Source: Candidatus Eiseniibacteriota bacterium
Lineage (GTDB): Bacteria; Eisenbacteria; RBG-16-71-46
Reading direction: 5' to 3'
DNA length: 50,715 nt
Assembly: GCA_036522895.1 (NCBI GenBank)
Contig: DATDEX010000425.1
Coordinates: 1 to 50,715, forward strand
The notes under the pieces are model-generated. The model searched no databases, was not told where the DNA came from, and saw only the letters and a list, made by a program, of their open reading frames with translations. Below, piece by piece: positions 7,105-15,849 of the stretch (positions are counted from its first letter, which is position 1; the number at the start of each line of letters is the position of its first letter). Position numbers and translations under genes: made by a program.

Positions 7105-8028
7105 TCAGTGGCCCGCCGTCCCCCCCGCCGTCTGGTCGAGCGCGGCGCGCAGGCCGCGGGCGAGCGCCTCGGTGGAGCCCACACCCCAGTAGTGGAGGAA
7201 CACGATCCGCGGGCTCTCCCCCGTCATGTGCTGGTGGATCGCGACGATGTCGATGCCCGCGCCGCGGAGCGCCTTGAGTACCGCCTGCAGCTCCGACTCG
7301 AGCATCGCGAAATCGCCGTCCACGACCGCCTGGGCATCCGAGCCGACGAATGCCGCCCAGGTGTTCACCCCCATCGTGTTCCCCACGACCGCGTCGTGCA
7401 TGCGCGTCGTGCGGCCCACGACCACCTTGTAGACGCCGTCCTTCAAGCTCCCCGGCTCGTGCAGGATCGCCTCGATCCTCGCGGGGTCGAGCGAGCTGTT
7501 CGCCGGGGCGAGATCCGCGGCAGGCGCCTCCCCCTTCCCGCCGCTCGTCTCCCCGATCTTCGCGAACACCTTGCCCACCGCCTGGGCCAGCTCCGCCGCG
7601 TCGCCCATGCCGCCCACGTGCATGAACATCACGCGCGGCGACTCCCAGAGGAAGTGGTTGTGAAGCGCCGTGACCTCGAGCCCGGCATCGAGCGCCGCGC
7701 TCATGACCGGGTTGACCTGATCCTCGAGCAGGACCATGTCGCCCATCACCGCAGCCTGATGTCCCATCGGCTGAAACGCCGCCCACGAGGTGAGGCCCAT
7801 CGCCGGCGTCATGTGCACGCCGGCCGCGACGACGTGGAGGTCCGAGCGCGGCAGCGAGACCTTGAACACGCCCTCGGCCTCGTTCCACGCTCCCTTGGCG
7901 CCGGTGAGCGCCTCGATGCGGGTGGTGTCGAGCGGCTTCGCGTCCGGTGGCTTTGCCGCGGCCGCTCCGGTGGCGGGCGCGGCGAGGGCGAGCGCGACTG
8001 CGGCAATTCCGATGAGCAGGGCTTTCAT
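7105..8028 (-). CDS. DUF1259 (LppY/LpqO-like) secreted protein with two tandem DUF1259 halves, 307 aa
   Basis: ATG 8028 has GAGGAGGAAG upstream. The signal peptide is MKALLIGIAAVALALAAPATGAAA. Two homologous halves each carry the ALHNHF / AIHQHM signature. The upstream ORF extension was trimmed. Confidence 0.8.
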   Translation of the reverse strand: MKALLIGIAAVALALAAPATGAAAAKPPDAKPLDTTRIEALTGAKGAWNEAEGVFKVSLPRSDLHVVAAGVHMTPAMGLTSWAAFQPMGHQAAVMGDMVLLEDQVNPVMSAALDAGLEVTALHNHFLWESPRVMFMHVGGMGDAAELAQAVGKVFAKIGETSGGKGEAPAADLAPANSSLDPARIEAILHEPGSLKDGVYKVVVGRTTRMHDAVVGNTMGVNTWAAFVGSDAQAVVDGDFAMLESELQAVLKALRGAGIDIVAIHQHMTGESPRIVFLHYWGVGSTEALARGLRAALDQTAGGTAGH

Positions 8029-8214
8029 GACTTCCTCCTCGGGCACGAGCCTCGCGGCCACGTCGCACCCCGCACTCTGTGCCGCGCCGGCATGGCGCGC
8101 AAGGCCGTACCGCGATCGCCGCATCGGGTAGACTGCTTCCATCGGGCGCGATCGCCCGCCCGGCCGCGCGACCGAGAGATCACTCTCCCAGGGAGTCCCT
8201 CAAGGAGTCCGTCC

Positions 8215-9036
8215 GTGACCGACTTGAATCCACAGGGCAAGCAGATGGCCGACGAATCCATGGTGCGCACGCTCCGCGCCCAGGCGCTCGCCATCTGGCC
8301 GCAGGAATCCCAGCTCATCCGCCGTTACGGGCTCGCCCCCGACGTGCGCATTCTCGACGCCGGCTGCGGCACGGGCGAGGGCAGCTCGCGGCTGGCGGAG
8401 ATGTTCCCCCGGGCGCGCGTGCTGGGCGTGGACATCCTCGACGACCACCTGGCGCTCGCCCGCGAGCGCTACGCCGGCCTCGGGCCGCGGCTCACGTTCG
8501 AGCACCAGAGCATCTTCGAGCTCCCCGCCCCGGACGGCACGTACGACTTCACCGTGTGCAGGCACGTCATCCACTCGATTCCGCACCCGGACCGGGTGAT
8601 CGCCGAGCTCGTTCGCGTGACCCGTCCCGGCGGCCGGCTGCACCTGATCCCCGAGGACTACGACATGCTGCACTTTCAGCGCGGGGCGCTCGATCCGCGC
8701 GGGTTCTGGCACGAGACCCCGGCGCGCTTCGGCGAGGCCACGGCCACCGACCTGTTCATCGGGCGCAACACCTACGGCATCCTCGCCGCGCTCGGGCTCA
8801 CCGAGATCACGGTCGACTACGTCATCGTCGACACCCTGCGCGTGCCGCGCGAGACGTTCGCGGCGATCCTCGAGGCGTGGCGGGACGGCTACGTCGAGCC
8901 GATCAGCGAGGTGACGCGCTTCAGCCGCGCCGAGGCGACCGCGTATTTCGACCAGATGATCGCCGACATCCTCGACCCGCGGCGCTACGCGGTGTGGATG
9001 GTGCCCGTGGTCGCGGCGAAGGTGCCGCTCCTCTAG
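8215..9036 (+). CDS. Class I SAM-dependent methyltransferase
   Basis: The SAM-binding motif I is ILDAGCGTGEGS and the post-I motif is VLGVDI, followed by RPGGRLHL. GTG 8215 has AAGGAG 7 nt upstream. The alternative start is ATG 8245. The 7108-8214 part of the long ORF is antisense to the DUF1259 gene and was rejected. Confidence 0.85.
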   Translation: MTDLNPQGKQMADESMVRTLRAQALAIWPQESQLIRRYGLAPDVRILDAGCGTGEGSSRLAEMFPRARVLGVDILDDHLALARERYAGLGPRLTFEHQSIFELPAPDGTYDFTVCRHVIHSIPHPDRVIAELVRVTRPGGRLHLIPEDYDMLHFQRGALDPRGFWHETPARFGEATATDLFIGRNTYGILAALGLTEITVDYVIVDTLRVPRETFAAILEAWRDGYVEPISEVTRFSRAEATAYFDQMIADILDPRRYAVWMVPVVAAKVPLL

Positions 9037-9064
9037 ACTGCGCCGCGGTCCCCGGAGGAACCCC

Positions 9065-11332
9065 ATGGCGCAGGCTCCCGGCAGCACGCTCGCGCACTAC
9101 AGGCTCGTGGAAAAGATCGGCGAGGGCGGCATGGGCGTCGTCTGGAAGGCGCACGACGAGCACCTGGACCGCGAGGTCGCGGTCAAGGTCCTCGCCCCCG
9201 GGGCGCTGGCCGACAGCCAGATCCGGCAGCGCTTCCGTCGCGAGGCGCACGTGCTGTCGCGCCTCTCGCACCCGGGCGTCGCGACGGTGTTCGATTTCGC
9301 CGCCCAGGACGGGGTCGACTTCCTGGTCATGGAGTTCGTCCCCGGCGGCACGCTCGCCGAGAGGCTGCGCGCGGGTCCGCTCGCGCTCGCCGACGTGTAT
9401 CGCCTCGGCGCCGCGATCGCGGATGCGCTCGAGGACGCGCACCGGCAGGGATTCCTGCACCGGGACTTGAAGCCCAGCAACGTCGTGCTCACGGCCGCGG
9501 GCCGGCCCAAGATCCTCGACTTCGGGCTCGCACGGCTGCTGCACGGCGCCCAGACCGCCGCGGGGCTCACGCAGAGCGGCATGATCCTCGGCACGCTTCC
9601 CTACATGGCGCCCGAGCAGTTGCTCGGGGAGGCGGACGACAAGCGCACCGACGTCTACGCGCTAGGCACGCTCCTCTACGAGATGGCGGCGGGACGCCGG
9701 CCGTTCGTCAAGGAGCGCGCCGAGGCGCTCATGTTCGAGATCCTGAACAGCGCCCCGGCGCCGGTCCGCGCGCTTCGGCCGGACGTCCCGGTCGAGCTCG
9801 AGCGGCTGATCGCGACGTGCATGAGCAAGGACGCGACGCTCCGCCCGGCGTCCGCCGGGAGCGTGAGCGAGGCGCTCCGCCGGCTCGGCGAGCCGGCCGC
9901 GGCCGGGGTGGCGCCGGTGGCCGGGCCGGACACGATCCGCTCGCTCGCGGTGCTGCCACTCACGAACGTGTCGAAGGACCCGGCCCAGGAGTACTTCGCC
10001 GACGGCATGACCGAGGCGCTCATCTCCGATCTCGCGCGCATCAAGGCCCTGCGCGTCATCTCGCGCACGTCCGCGATGAAGTACAAGGGCGCGCAGCAGG
10101 CGCTCCCGGAGATCGCGCGCGAGCTCAACGTGGACGCGATCCTCGAGGGCTCGGCGCTGCTCGTGGGCGGCCGCGTGCGCATCAGCCTGCAGCTCGTCTC
10201 CGCCCGCTCGGACGAGACCAAGTGGGCCGAGCGCTACGATCGCGAGCTCACGGACGTGCTGGGACTGCAAAACGAAGTGGCCGGGGCGGTGGCGCGCGAG
10301 ATCGCGATCCAGGTCACCCCGCGCGAGGCGTCGCGGCTGGCCCGGCACAGCGCGGTGAACGCCGAGGCCCACCTCGAGTACCTGAAGGGCCGCCACACGT
10401 ACTCCGCCGGTTCGCCGCAGGCGATCGAGCTGAGCCTGCGGCACTTCCGCCGCGCGATCGAGCTCGATCCCACGTTCGCACCGGCGTGGGCCGGCCTCGC
10501 CGACTGCCACATCGTGCGCGCGAACCGCGGCATGGCGCCGCCCGCCGAGGCGAGCGCGGAAGCCCGTGTCGCGGCGCTCAAGGCGCTCGAGTTGGACGAT
10601 TCGCTCGCCGAGGCGCACGGCGCGCTCGGCACGCTGCTCTGCACGCAGCACGATCTCGCGGGCGGGATCCGCGCACTCGAGCGCGCGATCGAGCTGAATC
10701 CGGGGATCGCGCCGCCCTACCACTGGCTCGGGCGGGCGTTCTATTGCCTCGAGCGCCACGTCGAGGCCGAGCAGGCGATGCTCAAGGCCCTGAGCCTCGA
10801 TCCGCTCTCGATGTGGATCCACACCACGGTCGGCGACGCCTACTACTACGCGCGCGAGTTCGAGAAGTCCGTGGTCTATTACCGCATGGCGATCGAGCTG
10901 GACCCGCGCTTCGACGGCGCGCACACCGATCTCGCGCGCTCGCTCGAGGCGCTCGGGCGGTTCGACGAGGCGCGCGCCCAGTACGAGGAGGGCCGCCGGC
11001 TCTCGGGTGGCGTCGCCGGACCTTCGTTCGGCCTCGCCCACCTCGAGGCGAGCATGGGTCACGCGGCCGAGGCGCGGCGCATGCTCGAAGCGCTCGTCGC
11101 GGCGCGGTCGCACCGGGTCGTCTCAGCGTGGGGTATCGCGGCGCTGCACGCGAGCCTCGGCGACGTCGATGACGCGTTCCGCTGGCTCGAGACCGCGATC
11201 GCCGAGGGCGCGACCGGGCTCGTCTTCCTGCGCGTCCATCCCCGGCTCGATCCGATCCGCAGCGATCCGCGGTTCGCGCCGCTCGTCGAGCGCGTGGGGC
11301 TCGCGGGAGGCCGCGCCACGCCCGGCGCCTGA
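9065..11332 (+). CDS. Hanks-type Ser/Thr protein kinase with a central TolB-N-like domain and C-terminal TPR repeats, 755 aa
   Basis: GGAGGA lies 5 nt upstream. The kinase motifs are GEGGMGVVWKA, VAVKVL, HRDLKPSNVVL, DFGLA and APEQ. A domain reading AVLPLTNVSKDPAQEYFADGMTEALISDL follows. TPR-like helical repeats run to the C-terminus. Confidence 0.9.
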   Translation: MAQAPGSTLAHYRLVEKIGEGGMGVVWKAHDEHLDREVAVKVLAPGALADSQIRQRFRREAHVLSRLSHPGVATVFDFAAQDGVDFLVMEFVPGGTLAERLRAGPLALADVYRLGAAIADALEDAHRQGFLHRDLKPSNVVLTAAGRPKILDFGLARLLHGAQTAAGLTQSGMILGTLPYMAPEQLLGEADDKRTDVYALGTLLYEMAAGRRPFVKERAEALMFEILNSAPAPVRALRPDVPVELERLIATCMSKDATLRPASAGSVSEALRRLGEPAAAGVAPVAGPDTIRSLAVLPLTNVSKDPAQEYFADGMTEALISDLARIKALRVISRTSAMKYKGAQQALPEIARELNVDAILEGSALLVGGRVRISLQLVSARSDETKWAERYDRELTDVLGLQNEVAGAVAREIAIQVTPREASRLARHSAVNAEAHLEYLKGRHTYSAGSPQAIELSLRHFRRAIELDPTFAPAWAGLADCHIVRANRGMAPPAEASAEARVAALKALELDDSLAEAHGALGTLLCTQHDLAGGIRALERAIELNPGIAPPYHWLGRAFYCLERHVEAEQAMLKALSLDPLSMWIHTTVGDAYYYAREFEKSVVYYRMAIELDPRFDGAHTDLARSLEALGRFDEARAQYEEGRRLSGGVAGPSFGLAHLEASMGHAAEARRMLEALVAARSHRVVSAWGIAALHASLGDVDDAFRWLETAIAEGATGLVFLRVHPRLDPIRSDPRFAPLVERVGLAGGRATPGA

Positions 11333-11496
11333 GGTCGCGCGAGCTGACACTCGATTCTCCCGGCGAAAGCGTGTGGTCGCTCCGGCCCCGCTCCCGACGG
11401 GCGTTCCCATTCCCACGCGCGCGCTTCGCCTGTATCCTGCCCCACCGCGGCGGGGGATCCGCCGGCTTCGAGCTCGATCACCCGGAGGGTGCCGTC

Positions 11497-12117
11497 ATGA
11501 AGAAGCGCTTGGCTCTGCTGTCGGTCGCGCTGTTCGTCATTGCGCTCGCTCCCATCGCGCGCGCGCAGATGGGTGGACCCGAGGGCATGGGATCCAACCG
11601 GCTGGTGAGCTTCGGCCTGGGCGGCGGCGTCTCCGTCCCGGTGAGCGATGCGAAGGACGCGTTCAAGACGGGCTTCAACGGCCAGGGCTTCGCGCGCCTG
11701 AACCTCAAGGGCCTGCCGATCTCCCCGCGCGTGGACTTCACGTTCTCCAAGTTCGACGTGTCGTCGGCCAAGCTCGCCGCGCCGGGGGCCACGGCGGGCG
11801 CGAGCGGCACCGGACAGATCCTCGCCGGGGTCGCGAACCTCCAGTACTTCCTCATGCCGGGTGGTCCGGCCCGTCCCTACATCGTCGCCGGCGTCGGGGC
11901 GTACAACTTCAAGACCGATATCTCGGGCATCCCCGGGGCCACGTCCAAGAGCGACACGCGCTTCGGTGTGAACGGCGGGGCCGGGGTGCTGGTGAAGTTC
12001 GGGAGCATGGTGAGCGCGTTTGTCGAGGGCCGCATCGACAACGTGTTCAGCCAGAAGGGCTTCGTGAACTCGGACCAGATCCAGGTCGTCCCCGTGACGT
12101 TCGGGATCGTGTTCTAG
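11497..12117 (+). CDS. Small outer-membrane beta-barrel protein (OmpA-beta-barrel / OMP_b-brl-like), 206 aa
   Basis: GGAGGG lies upstream of ATG 11497. The signal peptide is MKKRLALLSVALFVIALAPIARA. The sequence is Gly/aromatic-rich with alternating strands and ends in a terminal Phe (VTFGIVF). Confidence 0.8.
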   Translation: MKKRLALLSVALFVIALAPIARAQMGGPEGMGSNRLVSFGLGGGVSVPVSDAKDAFKTGFNGQGFARLNLKGLPISPRVDFTFSKFDVSSAKLAAPGATAGASGTGQILAGVANLQYFLMPGGPARPYIVAGVGAYNFKTDISGIPGATSKSDTRFGVNGGAGVLVKFGSMVSAFVEGRIDNVFSQKGFVNSDQIQVVPVTFGIVF

Positions 12118-12127
12118 CTTCGGATCG

Positions 12128-12195
12128 CCGGGGTGGCGGGCGCGCGACCGGGCGTCGCCACCCCGGGCGTCACCGGCTCGCGGGCGGCGCGAGCC
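12128..12195. terminator. Two adjacent GC hairpins between convergent genes
   Basis: The first pairs CCGGGGTGGCG (12128-12138) with CGCCACCCCGG (12156-12166), an 11-bp stem. The second is GGCTCGCG-GGCGG-CGCGAGCC (12175-12195), an 8-bp stem. They lie between the stops at 12117 (+) and 12220 (-). Confidence 0.4.
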
Positions 12196-12219
12196 GTCCC
12201 CTCGCCCTCCCCCTCCCCC

Positions 12220-13263
12220 TCACTCGCCGAGCACGAGCAGCTCGAACGACCCGGGCACGATCGACGGCCGCGGTCGCGGCTGCTCGGGGGTCGCGGCGGG
12301 CGTCTCGCCGAACTTGGCGGTGATGACGAAGATGCGGTGCCCGCCGGGGTCGAGCGCGAGCGTGCGCGCCCCGAGCGCCGTGGGCACGTTTCCGACCACC
12401 CGGAAGCTCGCGGGCGAATCCTCGTGGACCACGGTGAGCGTCCCCTCCCCGTTCGAGCTGAACGCCTGTCCCGTCGCGGGGTCGAACCCGGCGCCGTCCA
12501 CGCGTGCGCCGATCGGCAGCGTCGCGACGACGCTCCCCTTCTCGACGTCGCTCACCACGAGCTTGCTGTTCGAGCAGCCTGAGAAGAGCCGACCGTGCGC
12601 CCGGTCGAGCGCGACCCCGCTCGGTCCCTCGCCCGGCGCGAGCGACCAGTGGCCGAGGACCTTGAGCGCGCGCGTGTCGACGCGCACGACCTGGCTCGAG
12701 TCCTCGAGGTTCACGTACATCCGCCCGGCCCCGTCGCACGCCGGCTCCTCGGGCTGGCCGCCGAGGGCGATCGTGCCGACGACGGTCCCGGTCGCCGGAT
12801 CGATCGCGCTCGCGCTCCGGCTTCCGGCGTTCATCACGAACACGCGCCGCGACGCGCCGTCGTACACGATCGCATCCGGGGAGAGCCCGACCCGGATGCG
12901 CGCGAGCGGCCGGAGCGTCTTCAAGTCGAACATCGTCACGCTGGTGTCACGCCCGTTGCTCGTGAAGCCGCGGCCCAGGTCCTGGACGAGCGCGACCCCG
13001 TGCACGCCAGGCGTGTCGGGGATGTCGCCGACGACGCGGAAGCTGTCCGAGTCCACGACCATGACGTGCGTGGAGCGCGTGATGAACAACCGGTGCCCCA
13101 CGCCGTCGAACGCGAGGTAGTCCCAGCGGCCCTCCCCTCCCAGCACGACGGTCCGGACCACGTGGAACTCCGCGCGCGCCGGCGGCGCCGTCAGGACTGC
13201 GAGCAGCGCGAGCCCGGCGAACCGAAGCCGCGAGTCGATGCGATCGAAGCGATGCCGCCGCAT
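12220..13263 (-). CDS. YncE/YVTN-type beta-propeller repeat protein, secreted, 347 aa
   Basis: ATG 13263 has GGAGG upstream. The signal peptide is LRFAGLALLAVLTAPPARA. Repeated motifs typical of YVTN propellers are present (GVALVQDLGRGFTSN, PDAIVYDGASRRVFVMN, GVALDRAHGRLFSG and GAGFDPATGQAFSSN). The 13264-14280 extension of the ORF overlaps the next gene in another frame and was rejected. Confidence 0.85.
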   Translation of the reverse strand: MRRHRFDRIDSRLRFAGLALLAVLTAPPARAEFHVVRTVVLGGEGRWDYLAFDGVGHRLFITRSTHVMVVDSDSFRVVGDIPDTPGVHGVALVQDLGRGFTSNGRDTSVTMFDLKTLRPLARIRVGLSPDAIVYDGASRRVFVMNAGSRSASAIDPATGTVVGTIALGGQPEEPACDGAGRMYVNLEDSSQVVRVDTRALKVLGHWSLAPGEGPSGVALDRAHGRLFSGCSNSKLVVSDVEKGSVVATLPIGARVDGAGFDPATGQAFSSNGEGTLTVVHEDSPASFRVVGNVPTALGARTLALDPGGHRIFVITAKFGETPAATPEQPRPRPSIVPGSFELLVLGE

Positions 13264-13307
13264 GGGAGCCTCCTCGGGGACTTTCGCGCCCGGGGGATCC
13301 CGGCCGC

Positions 13308-15590
13308 TCACTGTTGCCAAGCGTACGATATCTTGGCGAACAGCTGCCGGCCCGCCCGCTCCATGTTGCGGGTCGCGTCCAGGAACGTGCGCTGGTCGCC
13401 GTAGCCCACGTAGAGCACGGTCTGCCAGTTGACCTTGTACGCGAACAGGCCGGACAGGCTCACGTGCTGGTCCCGGGGCCCGACCGCAGACGTGTAGAGC
13501 ACGGGGTCGCGATCGGTGCGGACGTGCTGAACGATCAGGCGCGCGAACGATTGCGCGTTGAGCGTGTAAGTCGTGCGCAGCCGCTCGACCTGGGCCGTGA
13601 GCAGGCGGCCGTCGAGGCCGGGGCCGGCGTGCACGTCGAGCCAGCGCACGCTGGACGTGGCCTGCACCTCGACGTGGTTCCCGGGGCGCACGGAGGCACC
13701 CGCGGCCAGCGTCGCGCCGTGTCCCTCGCGCGCGTTTGCAAAATCGATCTCGTCGCCGAGGTCGGCGTCGAACGAAAGGGAGTTCACGACCCGCCCCAGG
13801 CTCGCGTCGAAATGGAGGTGCGGGCGGAAGCGCTTGAGGAGCCGGCCGCCGACCCGGAACTCGTCGCGGTTCAGCTCGATCCGCGAGAAGCTGCTCACCT
13901 TGCCGTCGGCCCCGGCGCCGAGCTGAGCGTGACGCGCGAGCACGTCGCCGCCCGGAATCACGTCCTCGTAGGCTTCGCTGAAGATGCGTACGCGATTGAA
14001 GAACGCCTGCTTGGGCCGGATCGTGTACCCCCCCTGGTAGTAACCCTCGCGGTATCCGACCTGCGGGATGAAGCCATCGTCCGCGCGGAAGTCGTGGCCG
14101 AGCTCCTGGGCCTGGAGGAACAGGTCGTACGTCGGCGTGGGGTGCGACCAGTTGAGCACGAGCGCGTGGTCCTGGAGCGTGCGGCCATCCCATTCCGCGG
14201 CCAGGTCGGGCCGGTTCGGCGTCCGGCTGTCGCTCCAGAGCACCTGCCCGGTGAACTTGTCCGTCGGCGTCATGCGCCACTGGAAATCCGGCCCGAGGAC
14301 GCGGTTATGGCCACCCCCTTCGATCTCACGCGAGGTCGCGAGCAGGCTCACGAACGACTGCCCCATGTCGTGGCGCACCCGCAGCACGCCCACGCCGGAG
14401 CGGAAATCCTGGTCCGCGGCATCGGAGCGCAGGGGCCCGGGCAGGATCACCTGCCCCTGTCCGCGATCGCGCGCCACGAGCGCGGTGAACGCCGTCGTGC
14501 CGGCGCGCCCGGTGGCCCGGAGGCCGAAGTCGGGCGAGGTCACGGTGCGCGTGTACACCGCCTGGAACGGCGTCGAGAACAGGTCGACGCCCTCGAGGAA
14601 GAACGAGCGCTTCTCCGGGAAGAACAGCGCGAACCGCTCGTTCGCCACGATCTGCGCGGCGTCGGACTCGACCTGGGAGAAGTCGGGCTTGAGCGTGCCG
14701 TCCACGGCCAGCCCCGAGAGCGGACTCCACTTGATATCCGCACCCGACGTCGACTTGACCTTGTCTTTCGCGAGCGGTTCGCCCAGGAGCACGTTGCCCG
14801 AGCCGTCCTCGGGCGGCGCGGCGGTCTGCTGCGTGGTCGCGAACGGCGCGACCACGAGGTGCGAGCCGTGCGGAAGCTGCTCGAGCCCGGTCAGCTTGCT
14901 CGAGTTGCAGATGAAGCAGTTCACGTCGCGTGGCAGGCGGGCGGTGAAGAATTGGTAGTGGCGTTCGCGCGGGTAGTTGCGGTAGAGGAGGATGCCCCAG
15001 GTCTGGACCGGCGTGTTCGCGTAGCGGAGCGACGTGAACGGGATGCGCAGCTCGAGCGTGTAGCCTTCCTTGGTGATCTTGCCCTTCGAGTCCCAGAAGA
15101 AGTCCGGCGAGCTGTCCTCCCCCGTCACGTCGCTGTTGATCGCGTCGTACTGGAGCCCGTTCGGATTCGTGAGGAACTCCACCGCGGTCTTGCCGTCGTT
15201 CCGGCTGTCCACGATGACGCCGCCGTAGTCCGTGAGGCCCGAGAGCGCGTCGTGGTCGCCGAGCGGCGCCCGGATCAGCTCCGGGTGTGGATCGTCGAAA
15301 CGAAACGCCGCGTAGAGGTAGTGGTCGTCGTAAGCGAGGAACCCGAGATTTCGCACCTGGGGCTCGACGTTGTCGCCGATGCGGGTCTCGAACCACGTCG
15401 TCACGGAGTCTGCGCCCCGCCAGCCGGCGTCGGAGAGATCCCCGTCGACGACGATGGGTCCCGTGGCACGGCGGATCGTGAGCAGCGGCCCGGGCCGTGG
15501 ATCGGCCGCGCGCGAGGCGCTCGCGCAGGCGGCGAGGAGCAGGCAGACGGCGAGCGCGGCCGGGGCCGCGCGAGGGGTCGCGAGGGGCAT
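13308..15590 (-). CDS. CBM9-like / DUF5916 family large envelope protein (probable lipoprotein), about 760 aa
   Basis: The N-terminus MPLATPRAAPAALAVCLLLAACASAS contains a lipobox-like LAAC. The segment IVVDGDLSDAGWRGADSVTTWFE...LGFLAYDDHYLYAAFRFDD is characteristic of the carbohydrate-binding family 9-like domain that precedes DUF5916. AAGGGA lies 8 nt upstream of ATG 15590. Alternative starts are 15596 and 15641. Confidence 0.8.
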   Translation of the reverse strand: MPLATPRAAPAALAVCLLLAACASASRAADPRPGPLLTIRRATGPIVVDGDLSDAGWRGADSVTTWFETRIGDNVEPQVRNLGFLAYDDHYLYAAFRFDDPHPELIRAPLGDHDALSGLTDYGGVIVDSRNDGKTAVEFLTNPNGLQYDAINSDVTGEDSSPDFFWDSKGKITKEGYTLELRIPFTSLRYANTPVQTWGILLYRNYPRERHYQFFTARLPRDVNCFICNSSKLTGLEQLPHGSHLVVAPFATTQQTAAPPEDGSGNVLLGEPLAKDKVKSTSGADIKWSPLSGLAVDGTLKPDFSQVESDAAQIVANERFALFFPEKRSFFLEGVDLFSTPFQAVYTRTVTSPDFGLRATGRAGTTAFTALVARDRGQGQVILPGPLRSDAADQDFRSGVGVLRVRHDMGQSFVSLLATSREIEGGGHNRVLGPDFQWRMTPTDKFTGQVLWSDSRTPNRPDLAAEWDGRTLQDHALVLNWSHPTPTYDLFLQAQELGHDFRADDGFIPQVGYREGYYQGGYTIRPKQAFFNRVRIFSEAYEDVIPGGDVLARHAQLGAGADGKVSSFSRIELNRDEFRVGGRLLKRFRPHLHFDASLGRVVNSLSFDADLGDEIDFANAREGHGATLAAGASVRPGNHVEVQATSSVRWLDVHAGPGLDGRLLTAQVERLRTTYTLNAQSFARLIVQHVRTDRDPVLYTSAVGPRDQHVSLSGLFAYKVNWQTVLYVGYGDQRTFLDATRNMERAGRQLFAKISYAWQQ

Positions 15591-15849
15591 GGGCATGGTC
15601 CCTTGGACGGGCGAATCCAAGCGAAGGGTTGGACCGCGCACGACCGCGGCCGGAGGGGCGAACCACTGACTCGAACTTAGTGGCCCTACGCGGGTGCGCG
15701 CCGCGAGGTTGCCACGAAGGTGGCCGGAGTCCTGCCGAACGCTGGAGCATCGGGGCCGGGCGTGGCAGTGCCGAGGCGCTCCGGCCCGCGCCGGGTCGGC
15801 AAGGCGGGCTCGCGACGCGGCAGCGACCCGCGCGCGGCGCGGTCCTTGG

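Noticed and set aside
13314-15680. A 788-aa plus-strand ORF, plus 14326-15750 (-), overlapping the DUF5916 gene
   Set aside because: These are antisense or alternative-frame ORFs with Arg/Glu/Val-rich low-complexity translations. The 13308-15590 frame has the CBM9-like/DUF5916 signatures.
15672-15681. The AT-richer 10-mer CGAACTTAGT occurs at 15672-15681 and again at 23617-23626
   Set aside because: There are only two copies. The second overlaps the stop codon and last codons of the giant gene, and there is no extended flanking similarity. It is most likely coincidence.
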